From contig NC_068997.1 of NCBI RefSeq assembly GCF_001194135.2, positions 5,235,196-5,299,195 on the forward strand: DNA of 64,000 nt, in the 5' to 3' direction. The stretch comes from Octopus bimaculoides. Its lineage: Eukaryota. Below the pieces are notes generated by a model that did no database searches, was not told the origin of the DNA, and was given only the letters and a program-made list of their open reading frames with translations. A program made the translations under genes and the position numbers. Below are positions 41,642 through 54,055 of this stretch, in pieces; position 1 is the stretch's first letter, and each line of letters opens with the position of its first letter.

Positions 41642-41948
41642 GGTCACGTCGGTTAAGTCACGTGAAGCCTAGCTTTATATACCATAGTAGGCCAGCAACA
41701 CACCAACCAGCCAGCCAGAACCGCTAGACTGATAGAACAAGGTTCACAAGAAAGGAGTGTACGTTGACATAGTTGATAACGGGTTCCATACAACGATGTA
41801 TGAATTAACATTAAAAAAAACCGCAACATAGAGACAAGAGATGGGGATAAAAGTCTCCCTCGATATCTTTCCTTTTAAGAGAGGCGTTTACAAAGAAAAC
41901 TTAGAGAAAGACATCAAACATAGGAAGTCTTAGTTAGCAGGTCACGTG
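41642..41948. promoter_or_regulatory. E-box/CLEAR-like cluster with TATA-like element in cyclin T intron 1
   Basis: GGTCACGTC at 41642, GTCACGTGA at 41657, GTCACGTG at 41941 and TATATAAAG on the minus strand at 41673-41681, in CpG-rich sequence I do not recognise as repeat. Confidence 0.4.
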
Positions 41949-43218
41949 CTGACAATGTGAATGTTTAAAATAATGGCTTTGAAGGCACGAGGCCTGTTGA
42001 CGAAGGGGTGGATGTATAGTGGATCAGATATCAGTGAATATCTGCAAGACTTCCTTTCAGTAACCCAAGGTGAGAGTTCAAATAAAAACGAACTGCTTAA
42101 TAATCGTTGGAAGAGAATAAAATCTATAGAGAGGAAGTATACCCTTTCGTTCAGAATTCGCCATCGTGCCCAGCATAATCAGACTGAAACTAGAAAACGA
42201 ATCTACTTTGAACAAACGACTATATCAAACCAACACACACATAGTGTTTCTTCTCCGGGTTTATGCTTTCTACAAGTAATATGTATATATATTAAAAATG
42301 GGGAAGGCCAGTTTATAGGATTATATATGATAGATATCTATCCTCATACACGTGTGGATAAACACGTGCCTTTAGTAATAGAGATTCACATATATGTGCA
42401 TGAACTAAAAACTAAAATGTTAAGTCGTAAGCATACACGCACACATTTCTCAAGATAGTTTTTACTAACAGATACTAAATCACCTGGCTTTATCTTGTGA
42501 GAACAGGCTCGAAAACATGGCCTCTCTTTGATGTTAAGGTTTTAGAAAAAGCACTTAAATTAACACTTCCCCTATACTTACTTGAACTTGTATGTGTGTA
42601 TACATTCTTTCGATATTAGTATCATATCTGTAAAGAATGCCATTGAAATTCGATTTGAGCTACAAGCATAATCTAGTTATAGATATTCACACACACCATC
42701 ACGAATTTTGAAGATCTAATTTAAATATCGATATTTCGAAACTGTTGTTCAGTTATGTTTTAAATTCCCTTGACTCCCTGATTGATCATTTGTAGTCCAA
42801 ACTATTGAAAAGACAAAACCTAATTTAAGCTGTAGAAAATGAAAAAAAGATGTATAACAGTGACCATTACAAGTCTAACAATACAATTATAGGCTAGAAA
42901 CTAGCATGGTGTTGTATTAAATATAAGAGGGGATTGGTGTGTGTAAATGTACGTATATGTCCATGATATGGTCATAATGTCTTGCAAACATAATAGTAAT
43001 ATTTGTATAAAGAAAGCTTTAAGCAATATATTGTAGTATGTATAGGGGACATAGAACGTACATTGTTTTTATACGTTTGTGATATCGTATGTGAAAAATG
43101 TATTATATAGAATGAAAGAACAGGTTACATAATTTCTGCGTGTATATCAAATGAGTACATTTATCTGTCTAAATAATTTATACGAAGAGGTTCTGAGGGA
43201 CTGCAGTAGTTTACATAT

Positions 43219-43258
<40 letters not shown>

Positions 43259-43742
43259 ACGAAACATGTACATGCAATGGCTAGGGATTTGTTAATATAA
43301 TATACATATGCGTATAGTACATATATGACAAAATAACGAAGTAGGTCATTAATAAAAAAAAAACACTCATTTACAATGAGCAATTATTTAGATTACAGCT
43401 TCCAACACACAAACAACTACTGTCAATCAACACACCAAATATCAAATATACTACACATCTAACACAAATTGCAAAATACTCAACACAATACACTCCATAT
43501 TTCATCTCCCTCTTTCCTCCACTCACACACAAACAGAATAATAATCTATATAATATATAAAAAGAGCAATGAGCTCTTTCACCAGATAGAAATAGTGCTA
43601 AACAAAAATAAGGAGTCGGAGACAGGGGAGAGGGCGAAATAAAAAGAAAATATCAAACATCTTAAGGGTAACACATTGTTTATTAAAAGGGAGTCATTTT
43701 CTGATAAGGGAGAGGGGAAATATAAAAGTTAAATGCCGACGA

Positions 43743-43753
43743 CCGCCATATTT
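43743..43753. promoter_or_regulatory. YY1-type motif CCGCCATATTT in cyclin T intron 1
   Basis: Exact match to the CCGCCATNTT consensus about 450 bp into intron 1. Motif match only. Confidence 0.35.
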
Positions 43754-44194
43754 ACTAGCTCTTCTCTCTGTATCTCTTACTCTTTCTTTCTCTCTCCAAT
43801 GTGTTAACTTGTAACTGTTTAAATGTGAGGGGAGCTTTTCTAGTTTTCTTTTTTTATTAGTTTTATATTTTTAACTTCTGTAAACATTTGTATTTCTATT
43901 ATTATGACAAATAAATGGCCAAACCGTTTGTCAATTTGTCAGTTAAAATGGGGAGACAACAACAGACAGAATTTTAAAGCGTATAATTGCTGGCCAAAAA
44001 GAACCGACATTTCGCTACAATAGTTATCTATGCACGGTAGACTCACTTAGACAGATACATGTATATATAAATATATAAATCTATATATATTAATATAAAT
44101 GTACAGACAAAGCGGAATATATATGTATGTATGCATGATAAATACATAAAAATACACATATATGTATACATAGAGACATATATAGAAAGGATAC

Positions 44195-44355
44195 ACCTGA
44201 AGCTTTTGGCCCATCTCCTGGATAAAATTTGCGGCCATCTGTCTGTAATGTAACTCCTTCTTCGGGTCTAAAGGATCAGGACCCCGTGTACTGGGAGAAT
44301 GAGAAATATCCGTTTTGGTAAAAAGCCATCGTTCCTCCTTCTCAGACCCCGCCAT
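44195..44355 (-). CDS. CCNT: Cyclin T, coding exon 1 (MAGSEKEERWLFTKTDISHSPSTRGPDPLDPKKELHYRQMAANFIQEMGQKLQV)
   Basis: Translation matches the cyclin T N-terminus (human CCNT1 RWYFTREQLENSPS...[21 protein letters not shown]). ATG at 44355; 161 nt ending in phase 2 at a GT donor (GTATCC), the same junction as vertebrate exon 1. Confidence 0.96.
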
Positions 44356-44398
44356 CGGAAAGATGCTGAAGAAGAGCAGCAAACAGGCAGAGGAAGCC

Positions 44399-44467
44399 CG
44401 CATGCGCAGACCGCACCGGACTTCCTTGACACGGCCTATGACGTCACGAAACAGCGCTATGACGTCA
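44399..44467. promoter_or_regulatory. Cyclin T proximal promoter: NRF1-like CGCATGCGCA and two full CRE palindromes TGACGTCA
   Basis: CGCATGCGCA at 44399-44408; TGACGTCA at 44439-44446 and 44460-44467, both as CTATGACGTCAC; CpG-rich, 44-112 bp upstream of the ATG. Confidence 0.7.
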
Positions 44468-47400
44468 CAATGGACCTTGTCAACTGTTCGAGAGAAAACC
44501 GAGAGCGATGTTGGAAAGAGAGTATACAGAATGAGAGAGATAGAGTATTGTGTATGTGAGAGAAGGAGGAGAGAAAGAGAAGAGTGTAAATGGCACTTTT
44601 GAGACAAAGCTAATCTCTCATTTTCACATATTTCATATCATCACAAATAAAATTTGCATGGCTTTTCGTTCTGTTATTTACCGTTTAAATCTAATGGTTT
44701 TTCAAACAAGAAATCTGGGGGTTTTTTTTAGCAATTAGAAGACCTATTTGAATGTAACCTTTAATTGTACGTTTCAAACCCTAAACCGGTCACAACAAAA
44801 CTTAGTAAAGAATTTAATTATTAAAAAAAAAATTCTTGTGGGTGATTTTTTGACCCATAAATAACATGAATATTTGTCAGGTCATTTAGATGTTTGGTAA
44901 TTCTACTTCTATGATGACGGGGGGAAATAATAATAATCAATAATAGCAATGGAACATGATGTAAATATACTTTTTATTTAATAACCAATAACCTATATTG
45001 TAAAGTGCAAGCTGGTAGCTTGTAGGGGCCATACCAGAAGGAATATGTGCTAATTATAGCAGTTTGTTAAGTACTTCGTAGTAATAATAAGTTAATTGAA
45101 AAAAACAATACAGGTAACAAATTTGAAATGCGCAGTAATGACCGTCATATAAAGTAATGGGACAATATGTGATTCAATTATTCGTTGACCGACCTACTAG
45201 AATTAGCAGCCAAACCTCCCTTAAATCATTGCCGTCTTTAAAAGGACAGGAAAATGTATATTGGACACTACTTTCTGCTATACAAAAGGACGGCCGGGTG
45301 ATTACAGCTGGAATATCTTTGATCACAGGACTGTCCGGGATGAAAAACAAAAAACAAGATTTTCATTACATCTGCTTTACATGAAGCCACTCGCTCCACC
45401 GTCCGACTAACTGTGTGTTATTTGATTGTGTTTGATATCTATTTATCTATGTGTGTGTGTTATACACATGCACATGCAGGGGTGGTGGGGCTATTGGCCT
45501 ATATAGTCACATGCGAGTCCATAAAAATTAAATCTAGTAGAAAATCATCCTCGACCCCGAAGGATTGCCAACCGACTCACATACACTGTCGCCGATATAC
45601 AATTTTTGGAGTAGAATGGCCATTATAAAATGTTCGTATATTTCTCGAAAGCTGTTGAGTCCAAAGACATTAAATGACTTCAACAGAAGATTCAAATTCT
45701 GTTTGTGGATTCGGCTAACTGTGACCCCCAACTGACCTCTTTTGAGCTGAATAATTTAAAAAAGTAGTTGGTTTTGGTGTTTAGTCTCCAATCAGCCTTT
45801 ATACAACAGATCTACGATCAAAAGTATTCCAACAATCGTCATCCTGTCTATGTAACTAAGATTACATTTCTAAGACGCTATGACATAATTTAAGACAAAT
45901 TTAACTGTTATTTCTAGCAGAACGAGAAACTACGCAAACGATTCCTTGTGGGAAGAGTGGATAGCTAGTTTTCGCACTAAGTCAGCTCTAACCCAGCAAC
46001 ACATACGATCGAATGTGTTCCTGTCATGACTATCCTGTCGTTTTGTATATATCAAGGAATTAATTACATAAGATTACATTATATTGCGTTGTCTAATGTA
46101 GTCTTCGTTTATTTAAAGACTACATTGTTTTGAGTTGAAGAAGATTTTGCTGCGAATTTTCTTCTCCAGGGCAACGAATTGGCAGAATCTTTAGAGTATC
46201 GAAGAAAAAAATGCCTTGCGGTATTTGTTCCGGCACTTTGTATTCTGAGTGCAAATCCCATCGAAATCAACTTTGCCTTTTATCCCTTTGGGATAGATAA
46301 AATACAAAGCAACCAAGTACCAGGGTAGATATATAATTTCCAAAAAATGCTGGCTTTATAACTACATCAGAAATCATTATAGTGATAATTGCTTTGTTGC
46401 ATGCTTAATGTTGATGTTTATATCGTCTCAGATCAAAACCTGATTCAGCAGGCCTTTGAGCAAACTCGTTCTAGCCGTGACGACCTCGTCTATTAGGACT
46501 ATAATACCCAGTGTGTTTTCTGATTCTTTTAAAACAGTAGTGGAGGATGTGACTGCCATTTCTTGCAGGTCAAGTTGATGCTGTATAGCCCTAGGTGAGC
46601 CACGATCCACTAGGCATTGATCAAAGATGTTCTTAACGTGACTGTCCTGTTTGTTTTTATTAATTCATTCATACTGCATAGAGGACATTCTTTTGGTTTG
46701 TGATCATAAATTGAAAGTGGAAAATAACCATTTGCAATCGGCATTAATTGGGGGGGGGGGGAAGAAAAAGAAATTCCGAATCGTAACCTCCATAATTTGT
46801 TTGTATGTTTTAATTCGGAAATAAACAAAAAAAGGTAATAATAAATATTGGATGAGGAAACATGTAAAAGTTTGTTTTTTTTTCAATTGAAAATAGGAAA
46901 CTGAAGAAATTTTTTGAAAAATGGAGAATAGAGTCTCTATTCAACACGTTCTGTTGTGGTTCTTTATATTCTAAGTTTGTAGTGTGATTTAAAGAAGATT
47001 TGGCTGCCTGTTTCTTGTAGGACGAGAGATAGCAAAGAAGCGCCATCATTGGAAGAAAGAGAGAAGGAAAGACCGAAAGAAACAAAAAAAAAAGGAAAAA
47101 AGAACGGAAGGAAGGAAGGAAGAAGTTTTCAATGAATAGTTCCTTTGGCTGTCCTGCCAAGCAGCCAATATGGTCTGATAGAAAGATGGATAAAGAAGGC
47201 TAAGATCAAGAGAAGGACAAATATCGACAAATAGATACAAGAATAGAATTAAACAACAATTGGATGAATACACTCCGTCCTTCAAGTAATTTTTAGTTGA
47301 TATGAATTTAACATATGCTGGGTGGGGGAAATCTCTGTAGTTTGGCGTGAGGATTCAGTTATTTGATCAACTGAATCATCTCATTCATTGAATTAACGTG

Positions 47401-49379
47401 TAAATGACTAAGCATTCCACAGATACGTGTATCCTTAACATACATCCCTTGGTGCCTTAAGCAGGTGCTTCTACAGTTTAATAATTAATCTAGGCATGTT
47501 ATCCAGTGAAATAAGCTCACCTCTTCTTTCCAGCCTCCTCACACGTTCTGCATTCACTACTGTTTCTTGACCATGCAACAACACATTTAATACCCAAACA
47601 TCACACTCTTCATACCCTTCAATTAGGGATGAAATCACGAACGCGAACACATACACACACAAAAATTATTCTTTAACAAGCTTCAGAGCATGGGCTGTGT
47701 GTAAGTATTACATACATACATACGTGTGGGTGTGGGTGTTTGTGTCTCTTTGTCATGACATTGTGTCCTAGCTAGTTTTAAGTGAGCATCACCATAATGC
47801 AAGTGATGTTGTTCATTTCTAGTCTTCCTTGATAACATATCCAGCTATCTTACTTGGAAACAAGTGGAGGTTGATGACAGGAAAGGCATCTGACTGTAGA
47901 AAATCTGCCTCAAGGAATTCAGTCTAACCTACGCAAGCACAGAAAAGTGGACATTAAAATGATGATAATGATGATGATGCACCCAATCTGACTTGGTCGA
48001 ACCTCCCCTCTCTCCCAACCCTACAACCCATGTCTATGCACCCAATTACTTCCTGACGAACCACCCTTCACAACCCAGTTTTCTCTCATCTGTCCCTCCC
48101 ACAATTCATTCTCTCACCAGTCCATCACCTTTCCAACTACAGAACCATCAACTCAGCTGCTATAATTATGACACCACTTCCTTCGATTTTCCTTTGCTGG
48201 ATGAATCTTCTCATGCACAGCAAATCACCCATCACCTTGGTCCTTTGTTATCTCTGTGAAGATCAACATCTCATCATCATTATCATTTAGCATGTTTTCC
48301 ATGCAGCATAGGTTGGCCGGTTTGACAGGGAACCAGCAAGCAGCAGGGATGTGTTGAACTCCAATGTCATATCTGGCATCATTTCTACAGCTGAATGCCC
48401 TTCCTAATACCAATCACTTTTCAGACTGTATTGGGTGCTTTTTTTTTTTTTTTTGTGCTACCAGCTCTAGGGGTGTAACCATGTAATATGCAAGACAGAC
48501 AGAAAAGGGAAACAGAAAAAGATTCCTGTATTAAGAGGAGTATTTGGGAAGGGAAGGTAATGGTAGGTGGCTATATGCCAGGCGTTAAAAGGCTGATAGG
48601 GGGACAGAGGCGTCTTGCTATAGAGGAGATATATGGTGGAAGGAGATAAGAGGAAGGTAGTGACTGGATGCTAGAACAAACTCTCAAGACACAAGAGAGT
48701 GAGCATAAGAGAAGACATGGGAGAAGATGAGAGAGTGGATGCTTTCATAAGACTGTGAGGAGGAGGAAGTAAACAGATGGAGATAGAGGTTAATGTAGTG
48801 AGTGATGAACACAGATGAGAGTGCATATGGTGGTAAATACCAGTATATAGAGAGATAAGGTTGGAGGTGCAAGAGTGGATCAGGAAAGAGAATAGAAAAG
48901 AAAGTATGTGCAAGGTGTAAGATCAGTAGAGAGTGAGATATAGGGATAAGAACTTTGTGAGTTTGTTAACTTCTCTACAAGTTTCTATTAACTCTACATG
49001 AATTGGTTTATCCTCATTGCTACTGTTGTGTCTGTCTTTCTATGATGGTTGTTGCTCTGACAGATATTGTTATATTCCAAAGTCATCGATAGAATGTTTC
49101 TATCTGGCACTGAATGACCCCCAGTCTTACAGTGTTATTATCCTCAAAGGGTTGGATCACTATAATGTCCACTCAGTATCACAGTATAATTATTGTATCA
49201 GCACAGACACGACTATCAATACAGTCTACATGTACTCTCTTGATACTGGCTGGCGTCACCTTACTTATAGTGACTGCCTCATCCACTCATCATGTTCGAG
49301 GGGTGTACTATTATCACCAATTCCCTACAACATTAACTCTTAGGCCCTTCTATTCTAGACCTTGCTTCCATACCTGGAA

Positions 49380-50480
49380 CTTCTTTAGTTCTGGTAGTGA
49401 TTCAGCTATAAAGATAAGGTCATCAGCATAGAGGAGCTCCCAAGGTCAGCCTGTCTTAAATTTCTCTGTTATTGCCTGGAGGGCTATGATGAACAAGAGG
49501 GGGCTGAGGACCAATCCTTGATGAACCCCTACTTGTACTCTGAATTCTTCGCTGTACTCATTGTCAACCCTCACCTTACAGGTAGCGTCCCTGTACATGG
49601 CTAGTACAGCTCTCAGCAACTACTCATCTATCCCTAGTTTCCATATTGACCACCAGATAAGGGACTGGGGGACCTTGTCAAAGGCTTTCTCCAAGTCAAC
49701 AAATGCCAAGTACAGAGGTTTATCTTTGGCTATATATTTCTCTTGCAGCGGCCTTACCAGAAATATAGCATCCCTAGCACAAAACCAAACTGCATCTCAT
49801 CTAGACTAACTCTCCTCCTAATTAGTTGAGCTATAACCATCTCTGTAACTTTCATCACCTGATCCAACAATTTGACACTTCTGTAATTATTTCTAAGGTA
49901 TCATCTTTACCTTTGTAGCAGTTGACTATGGTGCTGCTACACCAGTCATTGGGCAGGACTCCTTCATAAACCGCCTGATTTACAATATGGGTGACTAAGT
50001 CATAACCCACACTGCCAGATATTTTAAGTATCTCATCAGTGATTTCTGATGGGCCATGGGCTTTCCCAGTCTTTATGTCCTTAATTGCTTTATCTACCGA
50101 GGTACTGTCAATTTGGGTAGCTAGTCCCTCAATTGGGTCAACATTTGGCAGACTCTCCTCCCTCCATTCATTCTCCATGTTCAGCAATCTTTCATTATGG
50201 CATTTCCAAGCCTCATTGTTTGCAGAATCATTAAATGCAAGTGCACCATCATCCATGCAGACACATTTCTCTCCTATGACATCACAATTTTCTCTCATAC
50301 ACTGTCTAGCAATCTGAAACACTCCAATTCTTTGGTCCTCACGTCTCTGAACATAGGCAAACTTCTTCTTTTCTGCTTCTCCCTTGGCTAGATATACCTG
50401 TCTCCTTGTTTCCCTTCTAGCTATCTGATATAGTTCCCTGCTACCCCCACTCTTCCAGGCCTGTTTCTTTGTTCTAATGC
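49380..50480 (-). mobile_element. RTE LINE internal fragment (linker plus RT N-terminal half)
   Basis: ORF 49855-50541 (KAIKDIKTGKAHGPSEIT...NDWCSSTIVNCYKGK), followed by frameshifted AFVDLEKAFD, GVHQGLVLSPLLF and LLYADD. Confidence 0.92.
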
Positions 50481-50917
50481 TCCTGGTGCATGCAGTAATG
50501 TGGATGATTGGTAGTGGTGAGGGAAGGATGGAGGTATGCAACTCTTCTGGTACAGAAGTGAGGCAGAGCCCTGTAGGATTTCTGGTATAAGAGAAGTAAT
50601 TTCTGGTTTAGGTGGTTGGGGCAAGAATGGGTGGGTGCATTGTGAATAAGCAACGGCCAGCTTTGCCTCAGGAAATAGAAATAGCAGTAAGAAGACACTA
50701 GTGAGGTGGAGAGAGAGAGAGAGAGAGAGTTGAAAGACTTTATTGCTGGGGGAAATCATGACAAGAATGAGAAAGACACAAGTTATAAAACAAGGTGAGA
50801 ATATTTACAAATTTTAGAGAGATTGAGGGATAGATCGCTGAGGAAATCATGGCAAAGTATGGAAACACATGGGTTATGAAATAGGGAGAGAATATTGCAA
50901 GGATTTAAAGAATTATG

Positions 50918-50956
<39 letters not shown>

Positions 50957-52046
50957 GATCAGAAAAGTTTGATTCAAATTTGTTGGTACTATTGAGTTTC
51001 AAGTGCAATGCTAGTCATCAACCATTTTGAATTTGAATGACAGAAGTTGATTGTTATTACCGTAAGGTTGGCTGCAACGAATTTGAAACAAACTGTTTTG
51101 ATCCATTCATGTAACTCCCAATAAATTGGTTGAGCGCCCTTCTTTTGTTTGTCCATTCATTTGTACATATGTAGGTGTGTGTGTGTGTGTATGTCTTTGT
51201 GTCTGTGTTTGTTCCCCCCTCACTGCTTGACAACTAGTGTTGGTGTGTTTACATCTCAGTAACTTAGCGGTTTAGCAAAAGAGATTGATAGAATAAGTAC
51301 TAGGCTCTAAAATGTAAGTCCTTGGGTCAATTTGTTTAAGTAAAACCCTTCAAGGCAGTGCTCCAGCATGGCTGCAGTCATGTGACTGAAACAAGTAAAA
51401 GAATAAAAGAACACACACACACACTGACATATATCATACCATTTTACTATTCACTTTTCCATGCTCGCATGGATCTGACACAGTTTTTATTGAGGCAGAT
51501 TTTTCTATGGCCAGATGCCATTCCTGTTGCCAACCCTTTCTCAGTCAAGGTAATATTTTCCCATGGTCAAACATATTTCTGCTGAACATTAGAAATGAAT
51601 TTAAATTCCATGGAGGTTGACTATACTTTTCCTCCTTTCAGAGTCAATAAAATATGTACTAGTTGAGCACTGGGGTTGATGTAATCGATTTACACCCCCA
51701 CCCACCAAATTGCTGGGCTTGTGCCAAAATTTGAAACCAATATTAGAAATGAATGACATTCATTTATAATAATCACATGATGTCAGCACGAGGACATAAA
51801 CCTGCACTTACTCACACATACATACATATATGAACACACGTTTGAATATCTACAACACGCTTCTTTTAGTTTCCATCTATCAAATACACTCACAAGGCTT
51901 TGTTTAGCTGAGGGTTATAGCACAAAGCACCTATCTAAGTTGCTATGCAGTGAGATCAAACCCAAAACCATGCAGTTGGGATGCAGCCATACTGTTATCT
52001 CCCTGCAATATCATTTATCCATTCGCATATGTGAATGGACAAACAT

Positions 52047-53321
52047 ATGAAGGTCAGCTGAAAAGTTCATAGGCTGACCAAGATACTCTTGTGAAATGTG
52101 ACCAAATGAGGTTTATTTTTCAACATAGAACCCTTTGTGGTCCATAGACTTCTTCCAATTGTGTTGCAGTGCTTGGATCCCATGAGGGAAAAAGCTTTCA
52201 TTTGTTGGCCAAAAAAATCACAAACAGTAGATATGACGTCATCATCACTACAATACTGATTCAAAACCAAGTGTTTTTTCATGTTGGTGAATCGATGATA
52301 GTCAGATGGGACAAAATCAGGAGAACAGGAAGGGTGATCAACAAATTTGAAGTCACGGTCATGCACAGCAGCCATTGAAATCAAAGGACTTGTGTGCTGA
52401 AGCATTGTCCTGATGAAACAAATTTCCTTTCATCAGTTTTCCTGAACATTTGGTCATGATAGCCTTTTGTAATTATCTCAGCAAGTTCGCATAGTACTCT
52501 CCATTGATGGTGTGGCTCTTTTGAAGATAGTCAATAAACACAATGCCTTTTGCATCCAAAAAAACTAATGCCATCACTTTCCCTGCAGATAAAACAACTT
52601 CTTTGGAGGGGCAAGGAGGGTTGTTTCCACTGCATGGATTTTCTCTGACACATAGATATGAACCCAACACTCATCCTAGCTTAGGAAATGTTCAAGGAAA
52701 CCAGCTGGATCTACTTCAAACAATGTCAGATTTCTCCATGATGCAATCACTCTGTTGCACTTTTGATCAGATGTCAGAAGACATGGCACCCACCAAGCAG
52801 AAACCTTCATCATGCCAAGTTCATTGTGCAAAATATTCTCAACTCTCTCATGGGATATGCTAACAGCATTGGTTATTTGATTTATAGTTAATTGTCTGTC
52901 ATCTATCACCATGTGGTGAACAGGATCAATGATTTCATTGGTGGTGGTAGTTGTTGGATGCTCTTGGGTGATCTTCAAGATACTCCCTTCCCGTTCTAAT
53001 TTCAGCTGCCCACTTTTGCATGATGATAAAGCTGGAGTGTCATTGCCTAATGTAGTAACCATCTCAGCATAAACGTCCTTGGAGGCTAAACTCTTTTTCT
53101 GGAGGTACTTGATGATACCATAATGCCAAATTTTGTCCATTTTTAACAAATGTCACTACTAGTTACTTTTGAAGTTTTCTTTGAACAGTCAGATGTCAGT
53201 GTACCTGGAAGGAAACAATGCAGTTATTAACAAGGTGAGCTGAAATGAACGCATGCTATATTTCACAGTTCTAACATTACTCTTTCATAGTCACCCTATG
53301 AACCTTTCAGCTCACCCTTGT
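52047..53321 (-). mobile_element. Full-length decayed mariner transposon, same family as 29064-30366
   Basis: TIRs tgaaggtcagctgaaaagttcatagg / cctatgaacctttcagctcacccttg with TA flanks. Remnants SAWWVPCLLT, VFLDAKGIVFIDYLQK and HPSCSPDFVPSDYH. Confidence 0.93.
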
Positions 53322-53819
53322 ATACACCCATTCATCAGAGAATGTGTGTGTATGAGTTAGTCTCTTCTAACATAATTCTATTTATATCCAAGATGCATCA
53401 CAAGGCAATGTTGACCTGAGCAGGATTTGAACTCACAATATAAACAGCTATCATTAAATGTACCAGATATTTTGTTTGACACACTAATTCAAAGTAAATG
53501 CAACTGTGAATATTAAGGTATTTGTATGTATGTATGTATGTCTGTCTGTATGTATGTGTGTGTGTGTACACGTCCGTATGTAAGTGTATGTTATTGAGTC
53601 AGAAATACAAGAAGTCAGGTTGGATTTTTCTGGTACATAGGTATGTGTGTATGTATGTACATACCAGTGTGCGTATGTCTTGATATGTGAATGTGAGCTT
53701 ATGTGTTTTTGAATTCAAGCCTCTGCATGTGTGTGTGTGTGGGGGTGGAGAAATAAAGTCTGTATATAAGTGTGTGTGTTTATGAGTCCGACAGGGTGTT
53801 TTTGTGTTATATATGTGTG

Positions 53820-53835
53820 TGTGCGCGTATGCATT

Positions 53836-53868
<33 letters not shown>

Positions 53869-53882
53869 ATGCGTGTATATAC

Positions 53883-53971
<89 letters not shown>

Positions 53972-54055
53972 GCGTGTATATACATACATATATATATGTA
54001 TATATATATATATATGTATATATATATACATATATTATATATATATATTTATATA
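53820..54055. repeat. Compound (TA)n microsatellite with duplicated spacer taatgcgtgtatatacata
   Basis: Direct inspection; spacer at ~53866 and ~53967. Confidence 0.9.

Noticed and set aside
42494-42516. Hammerhead-like string cttgtgagaacaggctcgaaaac
   Set aside because: The core CUGANGA is not intact and no flanking stems were evident.
44047-44607. 186-aa ORF as a single-exon or N-terminally extended cyclin T
   Set aside because: The upstream part runs across the CRE/NRF1 promoter motifs and the downstream part is TA-rich intron read-through. Only 44195-44355 has homology.
46428-46610. 60-aa ORF or structured RNA candidate between the two genes
   Set aside because: The sequence matches the dispersed SINE body also seen at ~45180-45360 and ~45780-46110.
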